A DNA stretch of 64,000 nt from Sedimentisphaerales bacterium (GTDB lineage: Bacteria; Planctomycetota; Phycisphaerae; Sedimentisphaerales; SM23-30), in assembly GCA_963663965.2 (NCBI GenBank), contig CAXXFK010000025.1:96001-160000 (forward strand), given 5' to 3'. Shown in pieces: positions 18,048-28,765 of this stretch. The first letter of the stretch is position 1. The number at the start of each line of letters is the position of its first letter. The position numbers and the translations under genes are program-made. Below the pieces are notes generated by a model, which made no database searches, had not been told where the DNA came from, and saw nothing but the letters and a program-made list of their open reading frames with translations.

Positions 18048-18581
18048 AATAACTCCAAAGTAAGGATAAAGAGTATAACTCATTGGGCGTCAATATATTG
18101 TATTTTTCTTATCCAGAATAATTTTGAATGTTAAAATAGGGAGTTTTTGGTCATGGCGTTTGAAGGTGAATCTTTGATATTTCCAGGAAATATGATGACA
18201 GGATTTTGTGATAATGGCTTGAAAATAAATAGGATTGCTCGAAAAGACCAATGGATGTTGAGAGGAAGTAAACAAATAAAATAATTTTCTGGATTTTTCA
18301 GGTTATTTAGCTTATTAATTGGCTATCAGATAAAAATAGAATTGTTGAGAAATTAGCTGTTTGTTATCTGAACTATTTATCTCATATTGGTTTATTTTGA
18401 GGTGGAGAATGTGTCTGTCTGTTCTGTATTGGTTAGACGTTTATTTTTATGGCGGTAACTCTTTCTTTTGGACTCTTTCCCACTCAGGTTTAGATCGGGC
18501 AGAAGCCAAACTATCGAGGTTATTCTGAGGGCACATTTACCATTTTGCTGGTTTAATTTGATATCTACAAAGGAATTAACG

Positions 18582-21500
18582 ATGAAAAACGCTGTTGTGC
18601 AATTGGTTGTGGTCGTGTTAATCATGTCTTCGCTGGTGTCCGGTCAGTATTCCGGGGGGGGCGGGACGCAAGCGGCGCCTTACCAGATTGCCAGCGCAGC
18701 AGATTTGATTGCGCTGGGAGAGAATACGGGCGATTACGACCAGCATTTTATTTTAACGGCAGATATCGATCTGGCCGGGTATGAGTTTAGCCAGGCGGTG
18801 ATTGCGCCGGATACGGATAATGGTGATTGGAACGATTTTCAAGGGACCGTTTTTAACGGGGTACTGGATGGGAACGGTCATCGCATCTTAAATTTAACGA
18901 TCAACGGATCGGAACAGGATTATGTTGGCTTGATTGGCAATCTTGGAACAGACGGGCAACTAAGACACATCGGCCTGGAGAATGAAATTGTATACTGTCG
19001 CAGTTACTGTGGCGGTTTGTGCGGATTCAGTTCTGGAGCCATCTCTCACTGCTACAGCAATGGCCTCATTAATGGCAATTATATGGTTGGGGGTTTATTG
19101 GGTTATAATAGCGGCGGTCTGGTCGAAGCCAGTTATGCGATGAGTGCTGTGACGGTGTCGAGTAGTTACACGGGCGGTCTGGTGGGATTTGGCTATGGAG
19201 TCATCACTGCCTGTTATTCCAATAGTATCGTAACAGGAACCTGGAACGCCGGCGGCATTATCGGTGAGAACCGCGGCCTGATCGAATATACTTATGCCCT
19301 TGGATCAGTCAGCGGCAATGGCCGGGGAGGCATTGCCGGCAACAATATGGGTGAAATCAAATACAGCTTTTGCGCCTGTCAGATTTATTCCGAATACCAG
19401 ATCAATAATATTGGCGGCCTGGTGGGCCAGAATAGTTATGATGGTAAGATTGTCAGTTGTTTCTGGGATCGTGATGTCGCCCGTGCGGCCCTGAGCGATG
19501 GCGGATATGGCCGATCCACGACAGCCATGCAAAGCCAGGGAACCTATCAAGGCTGGGGCGGTGGTATCTGGGTAATCGATGAAGGCAACGATTACCCCCA
19601 TTTATCCTGGGAAAATACAACCGGGACTTTCATTAATAATGTTCCAGGTCGCAGTTATAGCGGTTCGGGCACAGAAAGCGATCCTTATCGATTAAGTACT
19701 GCCCAGGATATCCGGAATATGTCGCTGCGCGCAGAAGATTGGGACAAGATGTTTGTTTTAACTTCCGATATCGATTTGACCGCCCTTGAGAATTATCTGC
19801 CCCCCTGTGATTTCAGTGGAAAACTGGATGGCCAGGGATACACCATTACCAATTTGAGCATCCAGGAAGCCACCTCCTATTTAGGTTTGATCGGGTGTTT
19901 AAGCGAAGGCGGAATTTTGTGTGGTGTGAGGCTGGATAATGTAACTATTTCAGGATATCGGTATCTCGGGGGGCTGGTTGGTTTTTCCTATAAAAGTTAT
20001 ATCGATCAGTGCTCGGTGAATGGCAGTATCGGCAGTAGTTATAATCAATCCAGTCATATTGGCGGTTTAATTGGCTATAGTTTTGGAGGGGTCGTTGAGA
20101 GATGTTACAGCCGGGGTACGGTTGCCGGGACCACCAATGCGACTTATGTTGGGGGATTAGTGGGTTATCATTATGCCAGTTGCGTGATGGATCACTGTTA
20201 CTCGTTTTCGGATATCACCGTGGGAGCGAATGCCAATTATATTGGCGGCCTGGCAGGCACCAACTGCGGCGGTGATATTTACAACAGTTTTTCGGCCGGT
20301 CAGGTTGCGGCGGGGCCTAATACGGTAAACATCGGCGGATTGATTGGAGGCAATTATAACAGTAATGTGGTATCCAATTGTTACTGGGATACAGAGACAT
20401 CCGGCATGGCGTATAGCGATGGCGGATTTGGGCGTTCGACTCAGGACATGAAAACTGCGTCGACTTATATCGGCTGGGAGGGCGGCTGGACCATCGATGA
20501 AACACAGGATTATCCGCATTTATTCTGGGAGAATGCGGGAGGGATTCGTATCGACACGATTCCGGCGTGTTCTTATCCGGGATCGGGAACACAAGCGGAC
20601 CCTTATCGACTGGCCACGGCTGAGGATGTGTATTGCATGTCTTGCCGGCCGGGAGATTGGAATACTCACTTTACGCTGATGAATTCAATTGATATGTCCG
20701 GGATTATCCGTTATCAGCCGCCGGCCGGTTTTGGAGGGACGATCGAGGGTAATGGTTATCAGATTCAGAATTTAATTATTCAGGAAAACACGTCTTACCT
20801 GGGCCTGATCGGTTATTTGTCGGACAGCGGCGAACTGGTCAATGTTCATGTGGCCGATTGTTTGATTTCAGGGTATCGCAATACCGGAGGGCTGGCGGGC
20901 CTGAATCATTCCGGGACGATAGAAGGCTGCTCATCAACCGGTCAGATTGCCGGCATGGATCAATCGGAAAATATCGGCGGCCTGGTCGGCTCCAATGATT
21001 ATGGTGTCATTTCCAAAAGCTACTCAGCTTGCGAGATAGCATCTGGCAATGACAGCCGCGCTATCGGCGGCCTGGTGGGTTATAATGTCTATCACACGAT
21101 TATCGATCAATGCTATACTACCGGTGCGATCTATTGTTTGAGCAATACCAGTTGGGTTGGGGGTCTGGTCGGATACAGCTGGTATGGAGATATGCATGAT
21201 TGTTATTCAGCATGCGGTCTTCAGATTGGAGATAATTCCGGAAAGGCCGGAGGACTCATTGGATCAGCAGGATATGAAACTCAGATCGAGTATTGTTATG
21301 CGACCGGTCAGATATTAACGGGTAATCATTATTCGAGTGTGGGCGGTTTAATCGGAGACTTATATTATAATTGCTCGGTTAACGGTTCTTTCTGGGATAT
21401 GGACTCTTCCGGCTGGTCAACCAGCAATGGGGGGACCGGCCTGGATACGGCTTCGATGAAAGCTATCGAGACCTATCTGGCGGCGGGATGGCGTTTTCCT

Positions 21501-24500
21501 GGTTCATCAAGTGACACGCCGGTCTGGTATATGCCGGATGACGATTATCCTCATTTTCTATGGGATATCAAAGTATTCGTTCCTGATGTCGTGGGAATGT
21601 CTCAGGCGGACGCCAGGTCGGCTTTGCTTGCGGGGGGGTTAGATATTGCTGTGACCATGGTGAATAGCGATACCATACCGGCAGGCCAGGTGATCAGTCA
21701 GATGCCGATTGCGGGTACTGAAGTGAACGGGGGTTCGGTGGTTACCCTGGTCGTATCGCGTGGCATGCCGGTGGAAATTTATGTTGGCGATGGCACGGAT
21801 AGCTGGAATTATCCTTTATCCACCTACTATCACGATGCCCGGACGCAGACGATCTACCGGGCGGAAGACATCGGCGGGGCGTGTGTGCTGGTTGGTCTGA
21901 GTCTGGATATCACCCAGCTGCCGGGGCAAGCCATGAACAATTTTACGATTCGGATGAAGCATACGGATTTGAATGACTACTCCAGTTCGGCCTACTGGGA
22001 GGCGGAAGGCTGGACGGTGGTCTACCAGGCGAACGAAACCATTGAATCGGCCAATTGGGTGGATTTTGTGTTTCAGGCGCCTTTTGTCTACAATGGTGTT
22101 CAGAATCTGATGGTGGATATTTCCTTTAACAACAACTACTATACCTCAGATGGATTATGCCGCTGCTCGACACTGGGGGGCATGCGTTCGCTCTATTATC
22201 GAACGGACAGCGGTTATGGCGATCCGCTGAACTGGTCAGGGTATAGTCCCTCCCCGATGGGTTCCAATTTCAGTCCGAATCTTCGGCTTGCCCTGGGAAG
22301 TGGAACCATGGTCACTGTGCCGGATATAACAGGCCTGACCCAGACGGAGGCAGAGTCTGCGTTGTTGGCGGCCGGGTTGAAGATCGGCAGGGTGACCCAG
22401 GGCTTTAGCGATCTGGTTGAATCAGGTTTGATCATCAGCCAAATGCCAGCGGCCGGAAGCATGATACCCGAGGGATTTGGCATCAGTATACAAATATCAC
22501 TGGGCCGGCACTATTCGGGTGGAAGCGGCACGGCTGACAATCCCTATAGAATCGCTACCATGGCGGACTGGGTAAACCTGACATGGGATAGCGCCAGTTG
22601 GGATAAACATTTTATTGTGACTGCGGATATTGACTTTGGGGGTGCGGAGATCACCCCGGTGGCTTTTGACAGCAACTCCTCCAGCAACGGTTTTCAGGGA
22701 ACTTATTTTACCGGAACGCTGGATGGCGGCGGGAAGGTTCTGAGCAATTTCGTTATTAATCAGCCTGAGAGTGATTATGTGGGATTGTTTGGCTATATCC
22801 GTTGGGGTGGTCAGGTGATGGATCTGGGATTACATGGAATAGTAACTGGCCGTCATTATGTCGGCGGGCTTTGCGGGTATAATTATGGAACGCTTAGTCG
22901 TTGTTTTGCTGGCGGTACAATTACTGGAAGAAATTATCTTGGAGGTTTTTGTGGATGGAATGGGGGCAGCATTACCCATTGTTATGCCACAGGATCGGTT
23001 TCCGGGAACTATGCTATTGGCGGGTTATGCGGCTATAGTGCGTATGGTACGATCGGGCAGAGTTACGCTGCCGGGTCCATTAATTCAACAGGAAGTTCTG
23101 GCGGGCTGTGTGGATCCAATAGGGATAGTAACGTATTCGATAGTTATTGGAATATTGAAACGTCGGGGTTGTTCTACAGCCAGGGCGGTTGGGGCTTAAC
23201 CGATGAACAGATGAAGCAGGCCGGGAGTTATTATGGCTGGCAGGATGGGGTCTGGACCATTGTAGAAGGAGAGGCATTTCCACGGCTGGCCTGGGAGCAT
23301 GGCAGCGGTGATGTCATCGCGACCGATTACCCAGCCCGGACATACGGTGGATACGGCAGCGAAACCGATCCGTTCCAGATAGGCAGTGTCGATGATCTGG
23401 TCAGCCTGAGCCGCCGGACGGATGATTGGAGCGCGAGTATTGTACTTATGGCGGATATCGATCTGGAGGGAATCCCATTCAGTTATCCGGTAATTGCCGG
23501 TGGCGGCGGTCAATTTAATGGCGTATTCACAGGCAATAATCATGTCATTTCCAATCTGGCCATTTCAGGTGAAGGACAGAGTTGTATTGGATTAATTAGC
23601 ACAATAGGGTATGACGGCCAGGTCAGTCATCTGGGACTGGAAGATCTGAATATTGCCGGTGGGGATAGGGTTGGTGGTGTGTGCGGGATCAATCGGGGTA
23701 TGGTTACCCAGTGTTATATGACTGGCGCGGTGGCGGGCAACTCTTCTGTTGGCGGCTTGTGTGGTTCTAATTCAGGCATGATCAATCAGTGTTATACGAT
23801 GGGTACGATTACGGGCCAGTCTGGCGAGATTGGGGGTTTATGCGGCGATCATGATTATGGTTTGATCACCCAATGTTATTCTGTCAGCTCAGTAGCCGGG
23901 GCAGAATATTCATATAATGTTGGTTCGTTATGCGGGATGTATGATGGCGCTGGGGCTGAAAACAATTATTATCTCCGTTCTCCGGGCCATACCGATGATC
24001 GCGCCATGGGGTTGACAGACACAGAAATGACTTGCCGGGAGAGTTTTTCCCATTGGGACTTTGCCGGCATCGTGGAAGACGGTACGGCAGATGTCTGGGC
24101 CATTGAAGAGGGGGCGGACTCCCCCCGGTTCGCCTGGCAGGAACTGGCCGAACAAGCAGTGCCTGATGTATTAACGTTATCTCCGACTGAGGCCGCTACG
24201 ATTTTACAGAATAACGGTTATGAACCAGGTTCGATCCGTTATTATTACAGCGATACGATTCCTGCGGGCCGGATAATCTATCAGTCGGCCACGGCGGGTC
24301 ATCGCGTGACACGTGGCCGAACGATCGGTTTGTACGTTTCCAGGGGGCGTTCGCCTTATGGCGGGGGCGGAGGTTATCAGGCTGATCCCCTCCGGATCGA
24401 TGATTTAGGCGATTTTCTGCTGCTATCTTACCGGCCGCAGGATTACGACAAGTATTTTGTTTTGACCTCGGATATCGATTTAACGGGGATGGGAGACAAT

Positions 24501-27116
24501 CCGAACGGCAGCTTCAGTAGCGCCGTAATCGGAGCGGTGGCGGGCGACCTGTGGGATGAAGGTGGCGATGTTGAAGGGGCGCCCTTTACCGGGGTGCTGG
24601 ATGGCGGAGGTCATACGATATCCGGTCTGGTTATCGAACCGGTCCTGCTCGATGATGATTATGATGAGATCGAGGCGGTCGGTTTGTTTGGCCAGATACG
24701 GGGCGGCCGGATCAGCCACTTGCGATTACAGCATTGTATGATTGTGTATGCCGGGGAAGACCAATGCAGATGTTTTGGCTTATTGGCAGGCTGTCTGGAT
24801 AACTCCAGGGTGACTGATGTGATGGTTGCCGGAGATATCGCCCTCGCGACAGATGATGCAGAATATATTGGCGGTGCGGCCGGGCGGATGCTGGGTTCGA
24901 GTTTGGAGCGGGTAGCCATGACCGGTTCGGTGATGGTGACGGGGGTGGATAACGGGGTTATAGGCGGATTAATTGGCTGTGTGGGAGATGGAGGTTATGA
25001 TAGCAGCAAAATTGTTGAGAGTTACGCAAACACCCGTTTGATGATCACCGGTGGAGAATCTATCGGTGGTCTGATTGGTGTTGGCGGATGGGGTATTGAG
25101 ATCGCCGACAGTTTTGCCTGGGGCAGGATCGAAGCGGGTGATTCAGATATGACAGGAGGATTTGCCGGCGAGTTTTATGGACGGTTGGAGCGCTGCTATG
25201 CCGCGGTCCAACTGGCCTGTGACGAGGAGGATGGCGAGGTCGGGGGATTGCTGGGCTATTATGAGTTCGGGGATGATGGATATCTTGCCGATCCAAGCGG
25301 TGTGTATCGCTCTTACTGGGATATGGTCCGATCCGGCCTGGTACTCGAAGATGACGATGATAATTATGCCAATACCAGAGCGGCCCTGGCACCCAGCAGG
25401 ATGCGGGATCGTGAGACCTATCGTTTGAGTGGATGGGATTTGGATAACGAGAGTGAAAACGGCCGGGCAGATATCTGGGTAATGGCAGATGGTCATTATC
25501 CGACGTTCACCTGGCAGGATACGGTTATGGCGCCGGATGTGCGAGGGATGTCGCCCCAGGATGCCCAGGGTACCCTGCAAGCCGCCGGGTATGTTGTCGG
25601 CGAGGTGGTCGATTGCTATCATGACGACATGGCACCGGGTCAGATAGCCGTTCAAATGCCTCCGGCCGGTTCCGCCATGGCGGTGGGGCAGGCGGTGGAT
25701 CTATTCCGGGTCATTGGCCGCTCGCCTTATTCACAAGGCGGCGGGGGTTATGTGGGTAATCCGCTGAAAATTACCTCGTTGGATGATTTGATATTATTGG
25801 CCAGCCGAACTCAGGATCACGATCAGTATATTGCCCTGATGGCCGATATCGATTTGAGCGAGGCGGGCGGCAATCCGGACGGCAGTTTTGCCGGGCCCTT
25901 GCTGGGTGCGTCTGATCTGGATTCTGATGGCACCCCGTTCAGCGGGGCGCTGGATGGCAGGGGACACTCCATTTCCGGTTTCAGGCTAAACGCTACCGGA
26001 GAAGAGGCGATGGGCGTCGGCTTGTTTGGCCTGGTCGAAGGCGGCCGGATCAGTCATCTTAAGTTGTGCGATTCAGCCATTCATTATAACAATGAATCGG
26101 GCTGGTGTTATTATGCCGGTTTGCTGGCCGGCAATCTGGCGCATGCCATGGTTGACGATGTTCAGGTAGACGGTCTGGTATCCATCCATAGCGCCTGTGA
26201 TGCCGTTGGCGGCACAGCAGGTTGGGCGAGTGATTCGCTATTGGACCGGATTGTTATGTCCGGAACCGTTTCGGTGTCGGGTTATTCAAATGATATGGGG
26301 GGAATTGGCGGCTTAGTGGGGTATGTGGAACGCAACAGCCAGTTGCAACGGTGTTTGTCCCGGACAAATCTGGATGTGATATCGAATTGGGGCGTGGGCG
26401 GCCTGGTTGGCAAGCTGGGCAACTCTGATTACGAGAATTATGACAGCAGCCGTATCGATCAGTGCTGTGCCGATGGAATTATGACGGTCAACGGATGTGA
26501 AAGCTGCGGCGGTCTGGCCGGCAGCATCTACTCAACTGCGCAAGTCACTAACAGCTATGCCCGGGGGCAGCTGGAAGCGATTGAATGTTATATTCTGGGC
26601 GGGCTGGTCGGGTATCAGGAAGTTGCCCGAATCGAAAACTGCTATGCCTCAGTGACCCTCTTACTGGGTGAAGGTTGCGACAACATCGGCGGACTGGTGG
26701 GATACTGTGAAGACGACTGGTATGAGGAAGAATGGCTTAATTCCCGCTATGGAGCTTTTAATAGTTTCTGGGATGCCGAATGTTCGGGATTGCCGCTGGA
26801 TGGAGGTGATTATGAATTTTGTTTTCTGGGCGCCGGGTTAACCACGAGTGAGATGCAGGATATCCAGACGTATCTGGGGGTGGGTTGGGATTTTATTGGT
26901 GAGGAAGCTAACGGGATAGATGGCGCCTGGAGGATGCCCTATCTTCAGCCAGATTATCCCATGCTTGCCTGGCAGAAAGATATTCCCGGCGATTTGTCCG
27001 GAGAGTATGGCGTGGATATGGCTGATTGGGATTTCCTGTCGGCTGACTGGCTGGCAGGATATGATTTGGCTGACTTGAGTGAGCTGGTTGAATACTGGCT
27101 GGCAGGATTGAGGTGA
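18582..27116 (+). CDS. Giant secreted GLUG-motif / PASTA-domain surface protein (~2844 aa) with dockerin-like C-terminus
   Basis: AAGGA RBS before ATG 18582 and signal peptide. Repeated YSG.GT..DPY.I modules with many GGLVG motifs. Four PASTA domains (VPDVVGM, VPDITGL, VPDVLTL, APDVRGM). Confidence 0.88.
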   Translation: MKNAVVQLVVVVLIMSSLVSGQYSGGGGTQAAPYQIASAADLIALGENTGDYDQHFILTADIDLAGYEFSQAVIAPDTDNGDWNDFQGTVFNGVLDGNGHRILNLTINGSEQDYVGLIGNLGTDGQLRHIGLENEIVYCRSYCGGLCGFSSGAISHCYSNGLINGNYMVGGLLGYNSGGLVEASYAMSAVTVSSSYTGGLVGFGYGVITACYSNSIVTGTWNAGGIIGENRGLIEYTYALGSVSGNGRGGIAGNNMGEIKYSFCACQIYSEYQINNIGGLVGQNSYDGKIVSCFWDRDVARAALSDGGYGRSTTAMQSQGTYQGWGGGIWVIDEGNDYPHLSWENTTGTFINNVPGRSYSGSGTESDPYRLSTAQDIRNMSLRAEDWDKMFVLTSDIDLTALENYLPPCDFSGKLDGQGYTITNLSIQEATSYLGLIGCLSEGGILCGVRLDNVTISGYRYLGGLVGFSYKSYIDQCSVNGSIGSSYNQSSHIGGLIGYSFGGVVERCYSRGTVAGTTNATYVGGLVGYHYASCVMDHCYSFSDITVGANANYIGGLAGTNCGGDIYNSFSAGQVAAGPNTVNIGGLIGGNYNSNVVSNCYWDTETSGMAYSDGGFGRSTQDMKTASTYIGWEGGWTIDETQDYPHLFWENAGGIRIDTIPACSYPGSGTQADPYRLATAEDVYCMSCRPGDWNTHFTLMNSIDMSGIIRYQPPAGFGGTIEGNGYQIQNLIIQENTSYLGLIGYLSDSGELVNVHVADCLISGYRNTGGLAGLNHSGTIEGCSSTGQIAGMDQSENIGGLVGSNDYGVISKSYSACEIASGNDSRAIGGLVGYNVYHTIIDQCYTTGAIYCLSNTSWVGGLVGYSWYGDMHDCYSACGLQIGDNSGKAGGLIGSAGYETQIEYCYATGQILTGNHYSSVGGLIGDLYYNCSVNGSFWDMDSSGWSTSNGGTGLDTASMKAIETYLAAGWRFPGSSSDTPVWYMPDDDYPHFLWDIKVFVPDVVGMSQADARSALLAGGLDIAVTMVNSDTIPAGQVISQMPIAGTEVNGGSVVTLVVSRGMPVEIYVGDGTDSWNYPLSTYYHDARTQTIYRAEDIGGACVLVGLSLDITQLPGQAMNNFTIRMKHTDLNDYSSSAYWEAEGWTVVYQANETIESANWVDFVFQAPFVYNGVQNLMVDISFNNNYYTSDGLCRCSTLGGMRSLYYRTDSGYGDPLNWSGYSPSPMGSNFSPNLRLALGSGTMVTVPDITGLTQTEAESALLAAGLKIGRVTQGFSDLVESGLIISQMPAAGSMIPEGFGISIQISLGRHYSGGSGTADNPYRIATMADWVNLTWDSASWDKHFIVTADIDFGGAEITPVAFDSNSSSNGFQGTYFTGTLDGGGKVLSNFVINQPESDYVGLFGYIRWGGQVMDLGLHGIVTGRHYVGGLCGYNYGTLSRCFAGGTITGRNYLGGFCGWNGGSITHCYATGSVSGNYAIGGLCGYSAYGTIGQSYAAGSINSTGSSGGLCGSNRDSNVFDSYWNIETSGLFYSQGGWGLTDEQMKQAGSYYGWQDGVWTIVEGEAFPRLAWEHGSGDVIATDYPARTYGGYGSETDPFQIGSVDDLVSLSRRTDDWSASIVLMADIDLEGIPFSYPVIAGGGGQFNGVFTGNNHVISNLAISGEGQSCIGLISTIGYDGQVSHLGLEDLNIAGGDRVGGVCGINRGMVTQCYMTGAVAGNSSVGGLCGSNSGMINQCYTMGTITGQSGEIGGLCGDHDYGLITQCYSVSSVAGAEYSYNVGSLCGMYDGAGAENNYYLRSPGHTDDRAMGLTDTEMTCRESFSHWDFAGIVEDGTADVWAIEEGADSPRFAWQELAEQAVPDVLTLSPTEAATILQNNGYEPGSIRYYYSDTIPAGRIIYQSATAGHRVTRGRTIGLYVSRGRSPYGGGGGYQADPLRIDDLGDFLLLSYRPQDYDKYFVLTSDIDLTGMGDNPNGSFSSAVIGAVAGDLWDEGGDVEGAPFTGVLDGGGHTISGLVIEPVLLDDDYDEIEAVGLFGQIRGGRISHLRLQHCMIVYAGEDQCRCFGLLAGCLDNSRVTDVMVAGDIALATDDAEYIGGAAGRMLGSSLERVAMTGSVMVTGVDNGVIGGLIGCVGDGGYDSSKIVESYANTRLMITGGESIGGLIGVGGWGIEIADSFAWGRIEAGDSDMTGGFAGEFYGRLERCYAAVQLACDEEDGEVGGLLGYYEFGDDGYLADPSGVYRSYWDMVRSGLVLEDDDDNYANTRAALAPSRMRDRETYRLSGWDLDNESENGRADIWVMADGHYPTFTWQDTVMAPDVRGMSPQDAQGTLQAAGYVVGEVVDCYHDDMAPGQIAVQMPPAGSAMAVGQAVDLFRVIGRSPYSQGGGGYVGNPLKITSLDDLILLASRTQDHDQYIALMADIDLSEAGGNPDGSFAGPLLGASDLDSDGTPFSGALDGRGHSISGFRLNATGEEAMGVGLFGLVEGGRISHLKLCDSAIHYNNESGWCYYAGLLAGNLAHAMVDDVQVDGLVSIHSACDAVGGTAGWASDSLLDRIVMSGTVSVSGYSNDMGGIGGLVGYVERNSQLQRCLSRTNLDVISNWGVGGLVGKLGNSDYENYDSSRIDQCCADGIMTVNGCESCGGLAGSIYSTAQVTNSYARGQLEAIECYILGGLVGYQEVARIENCYASVTLLLGEGCDNIGGLVGYCEDDWYEEEWLNSRYGAFNSFWDAECSGLPLDGGDYEFCFLGAGLTTSEMQDIQTYLGVGWDFIGEEANGIDGAWRMPYLQPDYPMLAWQKDIPGDLSGEYGVDMADWDFLSADWLAGYDLADLSELVEYWLAGLR

Positions 27117-27146
27117 TTTGAAATAGAATTATATCAGGAATGTTCC

Positions 27147-28751
27147 TTAGTTAGTGTTAAGAGTTTGAAGCGCGTAGAGAAATCGCTGGGTGGCCAGGTA
27201 CATGGCGCCGTTGGCGACAATGGGAGTGTTGTACATACTGTCGGGTAACCGCAAATGGCGTATGATTTGTTTCTCACGATCCGCTTTGAAAATCCAGAAG
27301 TCACGATGTTCGTTGCCGAAGTAGACTTTACCATCGGCGGCCAGGGTGGAACTCCAGACTGGGGAACTGGTTTGGTGGGTCCAGTATTGCCGGCCGGTTT
27401 CGGCGTCAAAACAATACAGGTTACCGGAGAAATCGAGAATATAGAGCAGGCCATCCTGGATGGAAGGGGTGGACAGGCTGCGGTTAACGGCCTTACTGGT
27501 CCAGATGATCCCGTTTGAGGTGATATCGCCTTGTTGCGTAGCGTCGATACAGGTAATCGCCCCATCGCCACGGCCATGGCGTGGATCCTGGCCGATGGTG
27601 ATATAAACCTTATCGCGATAGAACACGGGCGTACTGATTATTTCGCTGGGGCCCTGTCCCCATTTCTCGCTGTTAAAACTGGTATGGCTTTTCTGGTAGG
27701 GTATCTTTTTGTATTCGGGCGGATTGCAATCGCAGGACCAGACGAGTTTCAGGGTGGATATTTCGCGGTTGTCTGTCCAGTCAGCGGGAGGTTCGAACGC
27801 ATAGCAGACACCATCACCCCCACCCCAGAAGATCAAGGGTCTGCCATTGACAACTCCCAGGGAAGGGTTGGACCAGTGACCATGAAAGAGACGGTGTGCG
27901 ACTTTTTCATCGTCGCGGGCGACCAGGCGGCCCGTATTTTTATCCAGGACAATCAGGCTGGGTGAATCTGGAAACGGCACCCTGGTATGGGATCGATCCA
28001 CTCCATTGGACGTGCAGACGATCACCCCATCGCGATAAAGCAGCACCGAGCAGTTGCTGGCATCCTGGGGCCAGACGGGTATTTCCTTGAGCATGTCGTA
28101 GCGCCAGATGATATCGGCATCCATGTGTCCCAGTTCGGTATCGGGATTTTTACCATCGGACATGTAAGCCGCTTCATCCTGAAAGGGGCCGTCATTGCCG
28201 TTGGCCATCCCTTCAGTATCCAGGCACAAGACTTCACACCGGTTACTGACGAGATAGACGCGATTACCAAGAACAGTTGGGGAGGAGCAGACTCCATAAC
28301 TGCCATCATCGAAATTGAAACTTTTATCACTGGTCTGAAAACGCGGGATGACCAGCCGCCAGAGGAGTTGACCGTCTGCTTCAGAGAAACAGAGCACCAT
28401 TCCACCCCGGGTCTTGCTGAAGCGCGGATCGTCCAGATAGGCATCGTTGGTGCCGACGAAGACTTTTCCACTCGAGACGGTTGGGTTGCCATAGGTTTGC
28501 GAACCGAGTCTGGCCGCCCATTTAACATTGCGGGTGGTGGACAGGTCGACCACATAGTCATTGGATTGATTACGTATGGCTTTACCAAGTTCGAAATCGT
28601 CCGGGAGGTTTTTCGCATTGGAAATCATGTTTCGATTATCACTGCCACCCCATTGCGGCCAGTCTTCCTGGCCGGCGTGGAGCAATGGATGGAGTGAGAT
28701 CAAGGTGAGGAACAGCTTGAGGGAATTTTTCCATTTGAGCATAGTTGGCAT
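27147..28751 (-). CDS. PQQ-like beta-propeller repeat (BamB-like) protein
   Basis: Signal peptide. DWPQWGG...RN, NVKWAARLGSQTYGNP and repeated SSP/STP propeller blades. Start is 28751 or 28742. Confidence 0.85.
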   Translation of the reverse strand: MPTMLKWKNSLKLFLTLISLHPLLHAGQEDWPQWGGSDNRNMISNAKNLPDDFELGKAIRNQSNDYVVDLSTTRNVKWAARLGSQTYGNPTVSSGKVFVGTNDAYLDDPRFSKTRGGMVLCFSEADGQLLWRLVIPRFQTSDKSFNFDDGSYGVCSSPTVLGNRVYLVSNRCEVLCLDTEGMANGNDGPFQDEAAYMSDGKNPDTELGHMDADIIWRYDMLKEIPVWPQDASNCSVLLYRDGVIVCTSNGVDRSHTRVPFPDSPSLIVLDKNTGRLVARDDEKVAHRLFHGHWSNPSLGVVNGRPLIFWGGGDGVCYAFEPPADWTDNREISTLKLVWSCDCNPPEYKKIPYQKSHTSFNSEKWGQGPSEIISTPVFYRDKVYITIGQDPRHGRGDGAITCIDATQQGDITSNGIIWTSKAVNRSLSTPSIQDGLLYILDFSGNLYCFDAETGRQYWTHQTSSPVWSSTLAADGKVYFGNEHRDFWIFKADREKQIIRHLRLPDSMYNTPIVANGAMYLATQRFLYALQTLNTN

Positions 28752-28765
28752 TCTTCGGTATACGG

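Noticed and set aside
18468..18581. Upstream extensions of ORF-track starts (also 3703, 13593, 28904, 36436, 43600)
   Set aside because: Downstream ATGs have better RBS, signal-peptide or family-start context, and several extensions overlap neighbouring genes.
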